IMG/VR virus record: IMGVR_UViG_3300024348_000005
Location: 64,001 to 128,000 of that record
DNA length: 64,000 bases
Origin: a virus
Reading direction: 5' to 3' (one strand)
Below are positions 9,536 through 19,168 of the stretch, piece by piece. The position numbers and the translations under genes were made by a program. Each line of letters starts with the position of its first letter. Within the stretch, counting starts at the first letter, position 1. The notes beneath the pieces are model-generated. The model had not been told where the DNA came from and ran no database searches. It saw nothing but the letters and a program-made list of their open reading frames with translations.

Positions 9536-9991
9536 ATGGAAAAAAGAGAAAGTTATTTACAACTTATACATTCTGATAGTTATAAACACCAAATAGATAT
9601 TTGGTACAAAGCACACAATATAAGTCGTGAGAAGACAGAACTCTTCTACGACTTTCTCATTTCACTACATGAGTTAATTGAAAAAACATTTTTGGGTGAA
9701 GATGTTATAAAAACCGAACAAATACAGAGAAGTCATTTCACTTGGTGCTGGGACAAAACAATTAAAAATTTTAACAAAGAAAAAATCTTTTTCAAAGAAA
9801 GGGGGAACCATTACGAATACTTTTGGAACTTCTTCTTGGAGGCATATTATTACATGCAATTAGATGGTAATCAAGTTAAAATATATGAATATTTTTATAA
9901 GTTATTCGATTTTGAACACAAGAAATCAAGATCTGAATTAGATATAGTAACCGAAATATATAAATTATTAGATCTAAACTTTAAAAAGTAG
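9536..9991 (+). CDS. Hypothetical protein
   Basis: 151-aa ORF with upstream CTTATATT motif. Confidence 0.65.
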   Translation: MEKRESYLQLIHSDSYKHQIDIWYKAHNISREKTELFYDFLISLHELIEKTFLGEDVIKTEQIQRSHFTWCWDKTIKNFNKEKIFFKERGNHYEYFWNFFLEAYYYMQLDGNQVKIYEYFYKLFDFEHKKSRSELDIVTEIYKLLDLNFKK

Positions 9992-10029
9992 ATTTTTTTC
10001 CGTATATTCATATTAAAAACCGAAATAAT

Positions 10030-10218
10030 ATGGAAACCTTAAAAAGAATCAAGGACCTTGTTGAAAAGATGTCGGTGGATACCCAAAAAGTATTTGATAA
10101 GGGTAATCGAAGCGCATCAATTAGAGCAAGGAAGTACGCGCAAGAAATAAAACTTCTTATCGGTGTTTACAGAAAAGAGGTATTAGACGAAATGAAAAAA
10201 CATGATGCAGGAAATTAA
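10030..10218 (+). CDS. Histone H1-like (Hc1-family) small basic protein
   Basis: DTQKVFDKGNRSASIRARK resembles the KGNKAAGTRARK motif of short Bacteroidetes Hc1-like proteins. Confidence 0.75.
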   Translation: METLKRIKDLVEKMSVDTQKVFDKGNRSASIRARKYAQEIKLLIGVYRKEVLDEMKKHDAGN

Positions 10219-10381
10219 ATTATTTTTATTTGTATTGAGTGTTGTTTATTCAATACGAATTATTGTTGAGTTTATTTTAAAACTAACACAGGAAAATCCT
10301 GAACCAATGAAATTGTCTAAAGTCGAACAAGCGATACAGGTGTTTGCTTTATCGTACATAATAACTTATATATTAATTTAA
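10202..10381 (+). CDS. 59-aa two-TM membrane protein (absent from ORF track)
   Basis: Manual translation MMQEIKLFLFVLSVVYSIRIIVEFILKL...AIQVFALSYIITYILI; fills the gap between neighbours. Confidence 0.65.
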   Translation: MMQEIKLFLFVLSVVYSIRIIVEFILKLTQENPEPMKLSKVEQAIQVFALSYIITYILI

Positions 10382-10386
10382 AAAAC

Positions 10387-10842
10387 GTGTTCGAAAGTAT
10401 AAAATCAATAAGACCCCATTTCCATTCTTTAAGAGAAATTGAAGGTAACGTAAGTTTAGATATTAAACTACCATTAACGTGGAGATATGAAGATATCATA
10501 AAACCTTACCGTTCATTGAAAATGAAGGTCCAAGATAAAAATGAGAAATTTACTTTATTATCTTTAATAGCAAATGGAACACAAGAAGGGTACGATGTTG
10601 TATTTGCATGTGCATTAGAGATATTAACCTTTAATAAAGAAGAGGAAGAAAAACAAAATTTATTCCAACAAAAGGTAAGAGAACTCCAAGAACTATTTAA
10701 AAAAGAATCGTTAGATACATTAAAAGATATTAATCTACTTAGCAATTATGGACAAGAAGTTACAACAGGGGATGGAGTGGTTGAACAAGGAGATGGAGAA
10801 GGACAAGACGGAGACGTTGAGCCACAAGAATCGGATGATTGA
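10387..10842 (+). CDS. Hypothetical protein
   Basis: GTG start; acidic tail overlaps the next gene by 95 nt. Confidence 0.65.
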   Translation: MFESIKSIRPHFHSLREIEGNVSLDIKLPLTWRYEDIIKPYRSLKMKVQDKNEKFTLLSLIANGTQEGYDVVFACALEILTFNKEEEEKQNLFQQKVRELQELFKKESLDTLKDINLLSNYGQEVTTGDGVVEQGDGEGQDGDVEPQESDD

Positions 10843-10951
10843 GGAAATAAAAAATTTGGATAAAACAGAATTGTTTAAACCAAAACCAAAAAAGAAAATA
10901 TCTATAATTGATAAGATATTAAAGATATTAGGATATGGAAAAAAAAGGTGA
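10748..10951 (+). CDS. Small basic hypothetical protein
   Basis: 67-aa ORF overlapping both neighbours. Confidence 0.55.
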   Translation: MDKKLQQGMEWLNKEMEKDKTETLSHKNRMIEEIKNLDKTELFKPKPKKKISIIDKILKILGYGKKR

Positions 10952-11168
10952 GTTATTAAATCAATTAGCTATTATTTCCGATTTATTGGAAAAAATAAAT
11001 ACTGAAACAATTTCAAGGACGGTTGTCTTGGAATTGAATAAAGAAGAATTTCAAAAATCTTTCGAGTTAATACAAAAAAAATATGGAAGAAGAATGGACA
11101 AACCAGAAGGTTCATTTTCCATTTCAATAGGTGGAGTTGATATTATTTTTAATATGAATAATGTCTAA
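10935..11168 (+). CDS. Small hypothetical protein
   Basis: 77-aa ORF ending the + strand run. Confidence 0.6.
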   Translation: MEKKGELLNQLAIISDLLEKINTETISRTVVLELNKEEFQKSFELIQKKYGRRMDKPEGSFSISIGGVDIIFNMNNV

Positions 11169-11787
11169 ATAATTCCCTTCGATTAAATCCCTTACTTTCA
11201 AGTAAATCATATAACATTGTCCTTTGATGAGTTGTTATATCCTTAACGAATAAAAAATTCGTTTTTTTCTTTTTTAACAAATCGTTTTTTAGAATATCAA
11301 AAAGTCTTTGAGAGTCATTAAGATTTTTATTACCAAACATTTTCACATCGTTTTCAATTTGAACAAATAAGTTTTTATTTAATGTGAATATCTGTGCCAA
11401 TTCGGAAATTGGTGTAATTTGATTTACTATTTCATGATAACGTATTCTTTTCTTAGTTTGAAAATCATAAATTAATTCCTCTTCCCAATACGGAACTATT
11501 TCTTTTATACGAAATTTACCCTCCTCAATAAGTGCCGGTTCATTCCTACCTAAACTGTCTTTAACCCAAGTTGTGGTGGCCCAACGATTGTTTGGAAATA
11601 CCAACGCCAATTCAAAAGTAAGTTCTTTATTTCTTTTACCACCCTGCATTTTAACAAACGGTGGAGTACGTTCGGTTTTAAATTCCCTCCAATAATCGTA
11701 TACGGTGGTTCTTTTCATACACCTGTACAATATTCTAACCCTTTTCTTATTACAGAAAAGAACTATAAAATATTTTCCATTTTTCAT
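11149..11787 (-). CDS. Hypothetical basic protein
   Basis: 212-aa ORF, convergent with the 10935 gene. Confidence 0.7.
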   Translation of the reverse strand: MKNGKYFIVLFCNKKRVRILYRCMKRTTVYDYWREFKTERTPPFVKMQGGKRNKELTFELALVFPNNRWATTTWVKDSLGRNEPALIEEGKFRIKEIVPYWEEELIYDFQTKKRIRYHEIVNQITPISELAQIFTLNKNLFVQIENDVKMFGNKNLNDSQRLFDILKNDLLKKKKTNFLFVKDITTHQRTMLYDLLESKGFNRRELFRHYSY

Positions 11788-11936
11788 ATTAGTTTAATTA
11801 TTAAGGTGTATAACCCATAAACCGCTAATACTGACCATCCAACAACAAACAAAATTGTCCCCTTACTTATAAAGTCCGCAGATTTCATTAGTTCATCTTT
11901 AGTCTTATTCTTGTTTTTACATTGTGAACATCCCAT
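11784..11936 (-). CDS. 50-aa CxxC plus single-TM protein (absent from ORF track)
   Basis: MGCSQCKNKNK...TILFVVGWSVLAVYGLYTLIIKLI; ATGA overlap with the 11787 start. Confidence 0.65.
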   Translation of the reverse strand: MGCSQCKNKNKTKDELMKSADFISKGTILFVVGWSVLAVYGLYTLIIKLI

Positions 11937-12008
11937 AATCAAATATATACTATTTATTTCTTTTTTTGAATTTTTTTATCTATATTTTTTAAAGATAAAA
12001 CATAGATA

Positions 12009-12899
12009 ATGATTTCATATATTGGAGGTAAGGCAAGAATTGGTAAGTGGATAGTACCACAAATCCCTAACGACATTGAAACGTACGTGGAGGGATTTTC
12101 AGGTATGTTCTGGGTCTTTTTTAATATGGACCTTAGTAAGTTCCCCAATTTAAAAACAGTGGTCTATAATGACTTTAATAGGCTAAACGCCAATCTTATG
12201 AAGTGGTCAAAACAATACGATGTATTGTGGGAAGAATTAGCAAAATACCCATGTCAACAGTTAGGTGTGGTGGATACACCACCAGAGTATGGTGAAATGT
12301 TTAGAACGTATCAAAAAGAAGTGTTTAATTCTGAATTGGTTATTACTGACGAAAACAGTTTGGACATTGCCGGTAAATATGTTTATGTTTTGTGTCAAGT
12401 GTTCTCCGGTTCTAAACCAGAAACGGCAAGTTATACGGATTATAAAGGTGTGTACCGTTGTAAGGTTCTTATCTTTATGGATAAACTAAAAAATCCAAAG
12501 TACCGTGAACATTTTGATAAAATAACATTTGTAGAGAATATGGATTTTGAGGATGTTGTTAAAAAATATGATTCACCAACGACATATTTTTATATGGACC
12601 CACCGTATTGGAAAACCGAAAATTATTATTCAAATCACGACTTTGACGTGAATGACCACATAAGATTAGCGAAATGTATTAAAAATATTCAAGGTAAATT
12701 TGGATTATCGTATTATGATTTTCCTAAATTATCTGAATGGTTTCCAAAAAATGAAATAGGTGTAGGTAAAAATAACCAATTAACTATGTTTCAAGAAACA
12801 AGTTACAAATGGAATCAAAAAGATTTCGCTAAGGCGGCAGCAGCTAAGAAAGATGGAACTCAAAATATGGGAACTGAACTTCTAATTATAAATTATTAG
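12009..12899 (+). CDS. DNA adenine (N6) methyltransferase, Dam/D12 class
   Basis: YIGGK, motif I EGFSG, VYNDFN, catalytic YMDPPY. Confidence 0.88.
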   Translation: MISYIGGKARIGKWIVPQIPNDIETYVEGFSGMFWVFFNMDLSKFPNLKTVVYNDFNRLNANLMKWSKQYDVLWEELAKYPCQQLGVVDTPPEYGEMFRTYQKEVFNSELVITDENSLDIAGKYVYVLCQVFSGSKPETASYTDYKGVYRCKVLIFMDKLKNPKYREHFDKITFVENMDFEDVVKKYDSPTTYFYMDPPYWKTENYYSNHDFDVNDHIRLAKCIKNIQGKFGLSYYDFPKLSEWFPKNEIGVGKNNQLTMFQETSYKWNQKDFAKAAAAKKDGTQNMGTELLIINY

Positions 12900-12922
12900 A
12901 ATTATATTTATAAAAAAAGAAT

Positions 12923-13447
12923 ATGGAAACAACTTGGTACGTGGTAAAAGTATTACCCGGTAAAGAAAGATCATTAAGTGAGGATTTTAACAAACAAATT
13001 ACATTAGGTAAGATTAATAATATTAAAAGATTCGTTTGCCCAACTGAAAAAGAATTTGTTGTAACAAAGAAGAAAAAAGTATTAAGAGAAAAGGTAATTT
13101 ATAGTGGTTACTTGTATTTTGAAACACCAAAAAAATTAGAAGAGGACGATTTAAAAATTATTTCGTTATTTCCAAATATTATGGGTATGATGGGGGATAG
13201 GATGCCAACCATGTTAAGAGAAAATGACATAAAAAGAATTATAAAAGATGAGGTTTTAGAAAATCATATTGAATCTAAAAGATTAAAATTTATAAACGGA
13301 GAAAGAATTGTTGTATCAGAAGGACCTTTTTCATCTTTCGAGGGAATCATATCAGAGATAAAAGGAGAAAAAGTTGATATAGAGGTAAAGATATTTGGTA
13401 GGAATACCACAGTTTCATTAACTTTGGAACAAATTGAGAAATTATAA
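12923..13447 (+). CDS. nusG: Transcription elongation/antitermination factor NusG
   Basis: NGN domain (WYVVKVLPGKE, YSGYLY) and KOW domain (VSEGPFSSFEGII, VKIFGRNT). Confidence 0.9.
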   Translation: METTWYVVKVLPGKERSLSEDFNKQITLGKINNIKRFVCPTEKEFVVTKKKKVLREKVIYSGYLYFETPKKLEEDDLKIISLFPNIMGMMGDRMPTMLRENDIKRIIKDEVLENHIESKRLKFINGERIVVSEGPFSSFEGIISEIKGEKVDIEVKIFGRNTTVSLTLEQIEKL

Positions 13448-13758
13448 TGGATAAACTTTCCCCTGAAGTTTTAATATACATTCAGTCCGTAAAAAACTAT
13501 TTTCAAAAAAACGATGAAGCTAGAGAATACTTCATTGCAAATTCAGACGAAGAACAATTCTTCAAACATTTATCAGAAATTTCACAAAAAAATTTTGATA
13601 AGAATGGTGAGGTAATGTTAGATAAAACACAATTTGAATTATTACGAGTAACAGTACAAGCAATAGCTGTGGTAACAATACCCATAGAAAATTTACCAAG
13701 TGTAGAAGATTACATTTTTATTGACATGAGAGGGTATGCAAAAATTTGTCTTAACTAA
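13447..13758 (+). CDS. Hypothetical protein
   Basis: 103-aa ORF coupled to nusG. Confidence 0.65.
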   Translation: MDKLSPEVLIYIQSVKNYFQKNDEAREYFIANSDEEQFFKHLSEISQKNFDKNGEVMLDKTQFELLRVTVQAIAVVTIPIENLPSVEDYIFIDMRGYAKICLN

Positions 13759-13795
13759 CTTTATTATTAAAACAATTTAATTTATAATATAAAAT

Positions 13796-14866
13796 ATGTC
13801 ATCATTATTACCAAAAGATTACCCATTATACGATACCGTTTATGGAAGTGAAATACCAATAGAGCAATACTTTGTAATCTTATTTGATAAACTACCTTCC
13901 AAATTTGTCAATAATATATTTTATGATCCTAAAATTGTGGAGTATCTATTAACGAATGAGGGTTTTAAAGAAGAGGTAGATATTTTTTCATCAAACAGAA
14001 GATATGATTTATCGGCACAATCCTTATTTGTCAATTGTGATAAAAAAATAATGATTAGGGTTTATGGTAATACAAGTAAAGATAAAGATCCCTTAGTACA
14101 ATTGGACATCGCTTATGATATCACTAGTGGTAAGTTAGTTGAACAATTGGAATTAAATAATATAAAAATATTTGAGAGAATAAAGAAAAAATCGAATATC
14201 CAACTTGTTAAGAGTGAAATGGGACATATGGATACTGAAGAATTTGATTTATTTGTTTCACCTATGGAGTTAGAGTTGAATTATGGTTCTGAGTTTTTAA
14301 AGGTTCATGATGTAATTGTTAAAAAATTAAATGAAAATAATGGAAAGGGTATCATATTATTGCATGGAGACCCTGGTACAGGTAAGACATCTTATATCAA
14401 ACATTTAACCACTTTGATTAAAGATAAAGACATTTTATTTATTCCACCATCAATGGCGGAGATGTTATCTGAACCAACAATCATACCCTTCTTAATGGAC
14501 CATAAAAATTCTATTTTAATCATTGAGGATGCAGAACGTGTAATATCAGATAGAGAGGGTAATGGTTCACCCGCTGGTGTTTCTAACATTCTTAACCTAA
14601 CAGATGGTATCTTAGGTGATTGTTTAAGTATTCAAATAGTTGCAACATTTAATATGAAGAGAGAGAAAATTGACCAAGCATTACTTCGTAAGGGTCGTTT
14701 AATCGCAGAACATAAATTTAGTAAATTAAATGCTGATGATACGAATATATTATTAAAACATTTGAAAAAAGACCACCAAGTTTCTGAAGGAATGACATTA
14801 GCTGATATTTATAACATAGACGTCGAACTATTCAAAGCGACTAATAAAAGTAAAATTGGATTTTAA
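13796..14866 (+). CDS. AAA+ ATPase
   Basis: Walker A GDPGTGKT, Walker B LIIEDAE, SRH IDQALLRKGR. Confidence 0.9.
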   Translation: MSSLLPKDYPLYDTVYGSEIPIEQYFVILFDKLPSKFVNNIFYDPKIVEYLLTNEGFKEEVDIFSSNRRYDLSAQSLFVNCDKKIMIRVYGNTSKDKDPLVQLDIAYDITSGKLVEQLELNNIKIFERIKKKSNIQLVKSEMGHMDTEEFDLFVSPMELELNYGSEFLKVHDVIVKKLNENNGKGIILLHGDPGTGKTSYIKHLTTLIKDKDILFIPPSMAEMLSEPTIIPFLMDHKNSILIIEDAERVISDREGNGSPAGVSNILNLTDGILGDCLSIQIVATFNMKREKIDQALLRKGRLIAEHKFSKLNADDTNILLKHLKKDHQVSEGMTLADIYNIDVELFKATNKSKIGF

Positions 14867-14869
14867 AAT

Positions 14870-15175
14870 ATGGAAAACGTAACAGCACAACGAGTGGATG
14901 AACTTCGATCAGAAGGTAAAAAATTATTGGTGGATTATTGGGCAAAATGGTGTGGACCTTGTAAGGCACTAATCCCAAGATTGGAATTGTTAGAGGCACA
15001 ATATCCCGATGTGACCTTTGTAAAGGTCGACGTCGATGAAAATATGGACGCCTCATTAGATTTGGGTATTAGAACTGTACCAACAATTATGATTTATAAT
15101 GGTGAAGAATTAGTTAGTCGATCTTTAGGTGCTAATAATGATATTGTTTATACGAATATTTTAGATAAATTATAA
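14870..15175 (+). CDS. trxA: Thioredoxin
   Basis: WCGPC active site, cis-Pro motif TVPT. Confidence 0.92.
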   Translation: MENVTAQRVDELRSEGKKLLVDYWAKWCGPCKALIPRLELLEAQYPDVTFVKVDVDENMDASLDLGIRTVPTIMIYNGEELVSRSLGANNDIVYTNILDKL

Positions 15176-15441
15176 TGCCAAGTATTGTTATTTTTAGTTT
15201 GGATGGTTGTTTTCATTGTAAAAACCTAAAAAACAGTTTAAACAAATTAAACATTCCATTTATTGATGTTGAAATTGGTCAAAATCAAAAATTATGGGAT
15301 AAAGTGGTTGAACAAACAGGACACAATGTCCTACCTACGGTCTTTATTAAGCAAGAAAATACCGAAGATGGACCCGTTTATATTCCGGGTAGAGACTACC
15401 AAACGGAAGATGAAATAGTTGAAATACTAAAAAATTTATAA
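15175..15441 (+). CDS. Glutaredoxin-like protein
   Basis: CFHC and VLPTVFI. Confidence 0.82.
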   Translation: MPSIVIFSLDGCFHCKNLKNSLNKLNIPFIDVEIGQNQKLWDKVVEQTGHNVLPTVFIKQENTEDGPVYIPGRDYQTEDEIVEILKNL

Positions 15442-15448
15442 GTAAAAT

Positions 15449-15476
15449 AAAAAAGGGATAAAAAAATCCCTTTTTT
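15449..15476 (+). terminator. Intrinsic terminator (possibly bidirectional)
   Basis: AAAAGGGAT...ATCCCTTTTTT hairpin after glutaredoxin. Confidence 0.8.
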
Positions 15477-15526
15477 CATGCCCATAAGTAGAATAAAAGT
15501 ATTTATGTAAAAGACTTTACTTTTAC

Positions 15527-18229
15527 ATGGCTTTACAAAAGATAAATTGGACCCAGATTGATACTGAGGTCGTTCCTTCAGGTACCACAATTAATTTAGG
15601 TGCAATATCAGGACCACTTCGTGCGGTCTACGCGGAAAATCTTTACATATCAGGTCAATCAATAGGTGATTTTGTTGCTGGTGCGGGAACAAATGAATTA
15701 AATCAATTTAGTGCATCGGTTAAAGAAGCACTTGAATTCACAGGTTCTAACTTAACAGTTAAAGGAAATCTATTAGTAAAGGGTACAACAACCGCAATCA
15801 ATTCAACAACAGTTGCTATTGGTGATAATGTTATAGAATTAAATGGTACTTCAGCGGTAAACGGTGGATTACTAATTAAAGACCCAACAAACCCAAATAC
15901 AATTTCAGGGTCGTTACTTTGGGACACAACTTTAGATTATTGGAAAGCGGGTCAATTAGGTAGTGAAGAAAAAATAATATTATTAAGTGAACTTAATAGC
16001 GCGACTTCATCTTTATCCGCATCAATTAATACCCTATCGGGGTCATTATCTTCGTCAATATCAAATATATCTTCGTCATTTTCGGCATCAATTGCCAATT
16101 TACAAGACACTAATATTTGGCAACCAACAGGATCATTCTACGGAACCTCTCAAAATATTAAAATTACAGGTAGTGGTGCACTTCTTAACTCACCAGATGG
16201 TGCGGTTACTGGAAAATATGCATTACAGGTTTCACAATCAATACACGCAGCAAATATTAATGTAGGTATACCAACATCTAACGATTGGAAAACAAGTTTA
16301 GAGGGTTCATATTTTAATAATTTCGATAAAAATACAGACGTATCTGAAATATTAAGATTTGTTGCGGGATTATTATCATCTTCCGCTCCTGATGCGTCAC
16401 CAAACACAAAGGGATATAGTAGTTACACAAAAAATAACGTTAACACCACAACAGGTACGGTAACGGTTGGTAGTATTCCACAAAATTCAACGAACACAAC
16501 AATCACTTACTTACAAGGTAAAGGATTTGCAACAACAGGAACTACAATTTTTAGTGGTATATCACCGATTTATACACAAACAAATTATGGACATACATTC
16601 ACAAGTGTATCATCAGGAACAACAATTGTATCGTCTTCGGTTGATTCACAATTATTTGGATTAGGTACATTAAGTAGTGGTACACCAACCTCACTTAAAG
16701 TTTCAGGTTCATTTACTTTTAAGTTTAAAGATAATAGTTCAAAAACAGACACCTCAACATCAGGTTCACAATCTTTAATTACACAAACGGGTGCAGGAAC
16801 AACAAGCGGAGTATCGTTAGCAAGAATTAATACCGCAAATAATGCGGTAATACCTCCAGCATATCAGGATGGTAAATTTGCAACAGTATTTTCACCATCA
16901 TTATATGGTGCAAGTAGTGATGTTAGTTCAAGTGGATGGTACCACATATCAAGTTCAATTAGTATTGCAAGTGGATCAAGTCCATTTACCACACCAATTG
17001 ATAGTTTTACCGAAGTATTCTACGCACCATTAACAACAATATCAACAAATATTTCTGCACAAACACCTACATTTAGTGGTGTAAGTGTTAATGGAATAAC
17101 TGCGGTGTCTCGTTCATTGAGTGGAGCACCTTATTTAAGTTCGGCAACATACACTATATCAGGTTCAATATTAGGATTGTTTAATCCTTTATATTACGCT
17201 GGTACAGGAATTGCAACAATTACAGATTCGGATTCTTTAGTAACTGAGTCGGGTGGAATATTAACAGTATCGACCGCCGGAGGAACAATACAAACAGCAA
17301 ATGCCGTTTACGATTCAACAGGTGTGACCGTTAGAAGTACGGGAACAGTTCCATATGAAACTGACATTGTAAAAGTTTATACAACATCATCGTTTGCACC
17401 AGGTACATCTGACGAAAATATAAATCAAATAGGTTTAGGTACAACATCATTCTCATTACAAATAAACGGATTAAATAAAGCGGGAACTACAACAACAAAC
17501 ACATCAACAGTTTCATATCATACCGCAGGTAATTTTGGACAACCAAGTGATAGTGGTAGTTTAGCATATTATGGTAGAGTACAAGGAACAGATACGTCAA
17601 CATCGCTAGTTGAATCTTTTACAGGTGAAAACAATCGTTTAGTAGTTGATGATAATATTTTATCATTTACAGGTACTTCTTGGACAACATCATTTGGTTT
17701 ATATAATTTAGGTAATACGGATTTACAAGTTAAACCGGGATTTTTAGTTAAACCTGGTGGAACGTATGGATATTGGTTAACCAATCCAAGTTCTGCAAGT
17801 GATTACAAATACTACATTCGTAAAATTAGTAGTGGTGCTTCATCAAACAAAGTGTCAATGACATTAAATGTCGGACAAGCACTTGTAAATTGGACATCAT
17901 CGACTTCAAATTCAGTTGCGGTAGCACTTCTTTTTGAATCCGCTAAAAGTGGAATTTATACACCATCAAGGTTCTTTGACCCTTCGGATACATTAAGTAA
18001 TGTAATAAATTCTTCAATATCGGCAAATACGGATGGTACAAATCCATTTGGAAGTGCAATTGCTTTGTATGGAAATACTGGTGGTTCTCTATCAAGTACA
18101 ACATATACAATTCCTTTAAGACCAGCAGATGGATTTACAGTAAATGCAACATATGATGAAGTTTATGTGATTGTAAGATATAAAGGGGACCCAACACCAA
18201 TAACGACGATAACAACAACATTTAGTTAA
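15527..18229 (+). CDS. Large Ser/Thr/Gly-rich virion structural protein
   Basis: 900 aa, beta-rich composition; shares the IWxxTGS...ITGS module with downstream fibre genes. Confidence 0.65.
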   Translation: MALQKINWTQIDTEVVPSGTTINLGAISGPLRAVYAENLYISGQSIGDFVAGAGTNELNQFSASVKEALEFTGSNLTVKGNLLVKGTTTAINSTTVAIGDNVIELNGTSAVNGGLLIKDPTNPNTISGSLLWDTTLDYWKAGQLGSEEKIILLSELNSATSSLSASINTLSGSLSSSISNISSSFSASIANLQDTNIWQPTGSFYGTSQNIKITGSGALLNSPDGAVTGKYALQVSQSIHAANINVGIPTSNDWKTSLEGSYFNNFDKNTDVSEILRFVAGLLSSSAPDASPNTKGYSSYTKNNVNTTTGTVTVGSIPQNSTNTTITYLQGKGFATTGTTIFSGISPIYTQTNYGHTFTSVSSGTTIVSSSVDSQLFGLGTLSSGTPTSLKVSGSFTFKFKDNSSKTDTSTSGSQSLITQTGAGTTSGVSLARINTANNAVIPPAYQDGKFATVFSPSLYGASSDVSSSGWYHISSSISIASGSSPFTTPIDSFTEVFYAPLTTISTNISAQTPTFSGVSVNGITAVSRSLSGAPYLSSATYTISGSILGLFNPLYYAGTGIATITDSDSLVTESGGILTVSTAGGTIQTANAVYDSTGVTVRSTGTVPYETDIVKVYTTSSFAPGTSDENINQIGLGTTSFSLQINGLNKAGTTTTNTSTVSYHTAGNFGQPSDSGSLAYYGRVQGTDTSTSLVESFTGENNRLVVDDNILSFTGTSWTTSFGLYNLGNTDLQVKPGFLVKPGGTYGYWLTNPSSASDYKYYIRKISSGASSNKVSMTLNVGQALVNWTSSTSNSVAVALLFESAKSGIYTPSRFFDPSDTLSNVINSSISANTDGTNPFGSAIALYGNTGGSLSSTTYTIPLRPADGFTVNATYDEVYVIVRYKGDPTPITTITTTFS

Positions 18230-18243
18230 TAATTATATAGTAG

Positions 18244-19122
18244 ATGGCAGCAATAGATAGTACTAAAAAATCAGGTAGGTTCCTTCAAAGTAGAAGGTAT
18301 ACACACGATACATTTACCGATGCTCAAGAAGCGTTTACATCGGTATTAGACATCAATGCTAGTGAAATTTACATCGATCAAGATTTAATACCTAATAGTG
18401 GGTTACCATACAATAGTGTTGGTCAAGACGGTTCAATATATTCTAGTAATGGTCAACAAGTAATGAAATATTACTATAGACAAACAATGACTAAGTCTGA
18501 CACAAACAACGAAGTTTGGTTTTTCTTAGTACCAACAGGTTCAACATCGGGAGTTGGGGCAAGTTTAATTGTTGTAAGTCAACAAACAAATTTTATTTCA
18601 CCAAAATATTCAATATCGTCTTTAGCTAACTCAAATACCGAAGATGCAACTCCCGGTTATGGTGTTAAAGTTTTAATAAACGGGGTTCAACAATCAGTTA
18701 ATAACTACGCGTTTGATTATAAAACAGGTGTTTTGCAATTTGCATCAACAGCAGTTGCCCCAACAAGTGGACAAGTTGTAACAATATCCGCTTACCAATA
18801 TGTTGGTAGAACATTATCTTCACAAGTCGGTGGAAGCGGTTCTACGGTTTATGATATTTTTAAACCCACTGGTTCATTTTTTGCAACGACAAACGATTTA
18901 CAAGTCACGGGTTCAATGACAATAAAGGGAGATTTAAGAGTTGAGGGTACAACAACGTTAGTTCAAACTTTAGATCAAAATGCACAATCATTAATCATAT
19001 CGGGAGCGGCAAGTATTGTAAGAAATCAATTTGTTTCTGCATCACTATCAATTCAAAATTTAGGAACGTTTGCGGATAGGTCGATGAATTCAGAAATTGA
19101 TTGTGGAGATGGTTATTTTTAA
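18244..19122 (+). CDS. Virion structural/fibre adaptor protein
   Basis: FDYKTGVLQF, DIFKPTGSFFATTNDLQVTGS module, C-terminal IDCG. Confidence 0.6.
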   Translation: MAAIDSTKKSGRFLQSRRYTHDTFTDAQEAFTSVLDINASEIYIDQDLIPNSGLPYNSVGQDGSIYSSNGQQVMKYYYRQTMTKSDTNNEVWFFLVPTGSTSGVGASLIVVSQQTNFISPKYSISSLANSNTEDATPGYGVKVLINGVQQSVNNYAFDYKTGVLQFASTAVAPTSGQVVTISAYQYVGRTLSSQVGGSGSTVYDIFKPTGSFFATTNDLQVTGSMTIKGDLRVEGTTTLVQTLDQNAQSLIISGAASIVRNQFVSASLSIQNLGTFADRSMNSEIDCGDGYF

Positions 19123-19168
19123 TTCAAAAATAAAGTATTTATATAAATAAAAAGAACAACAAACGCAA

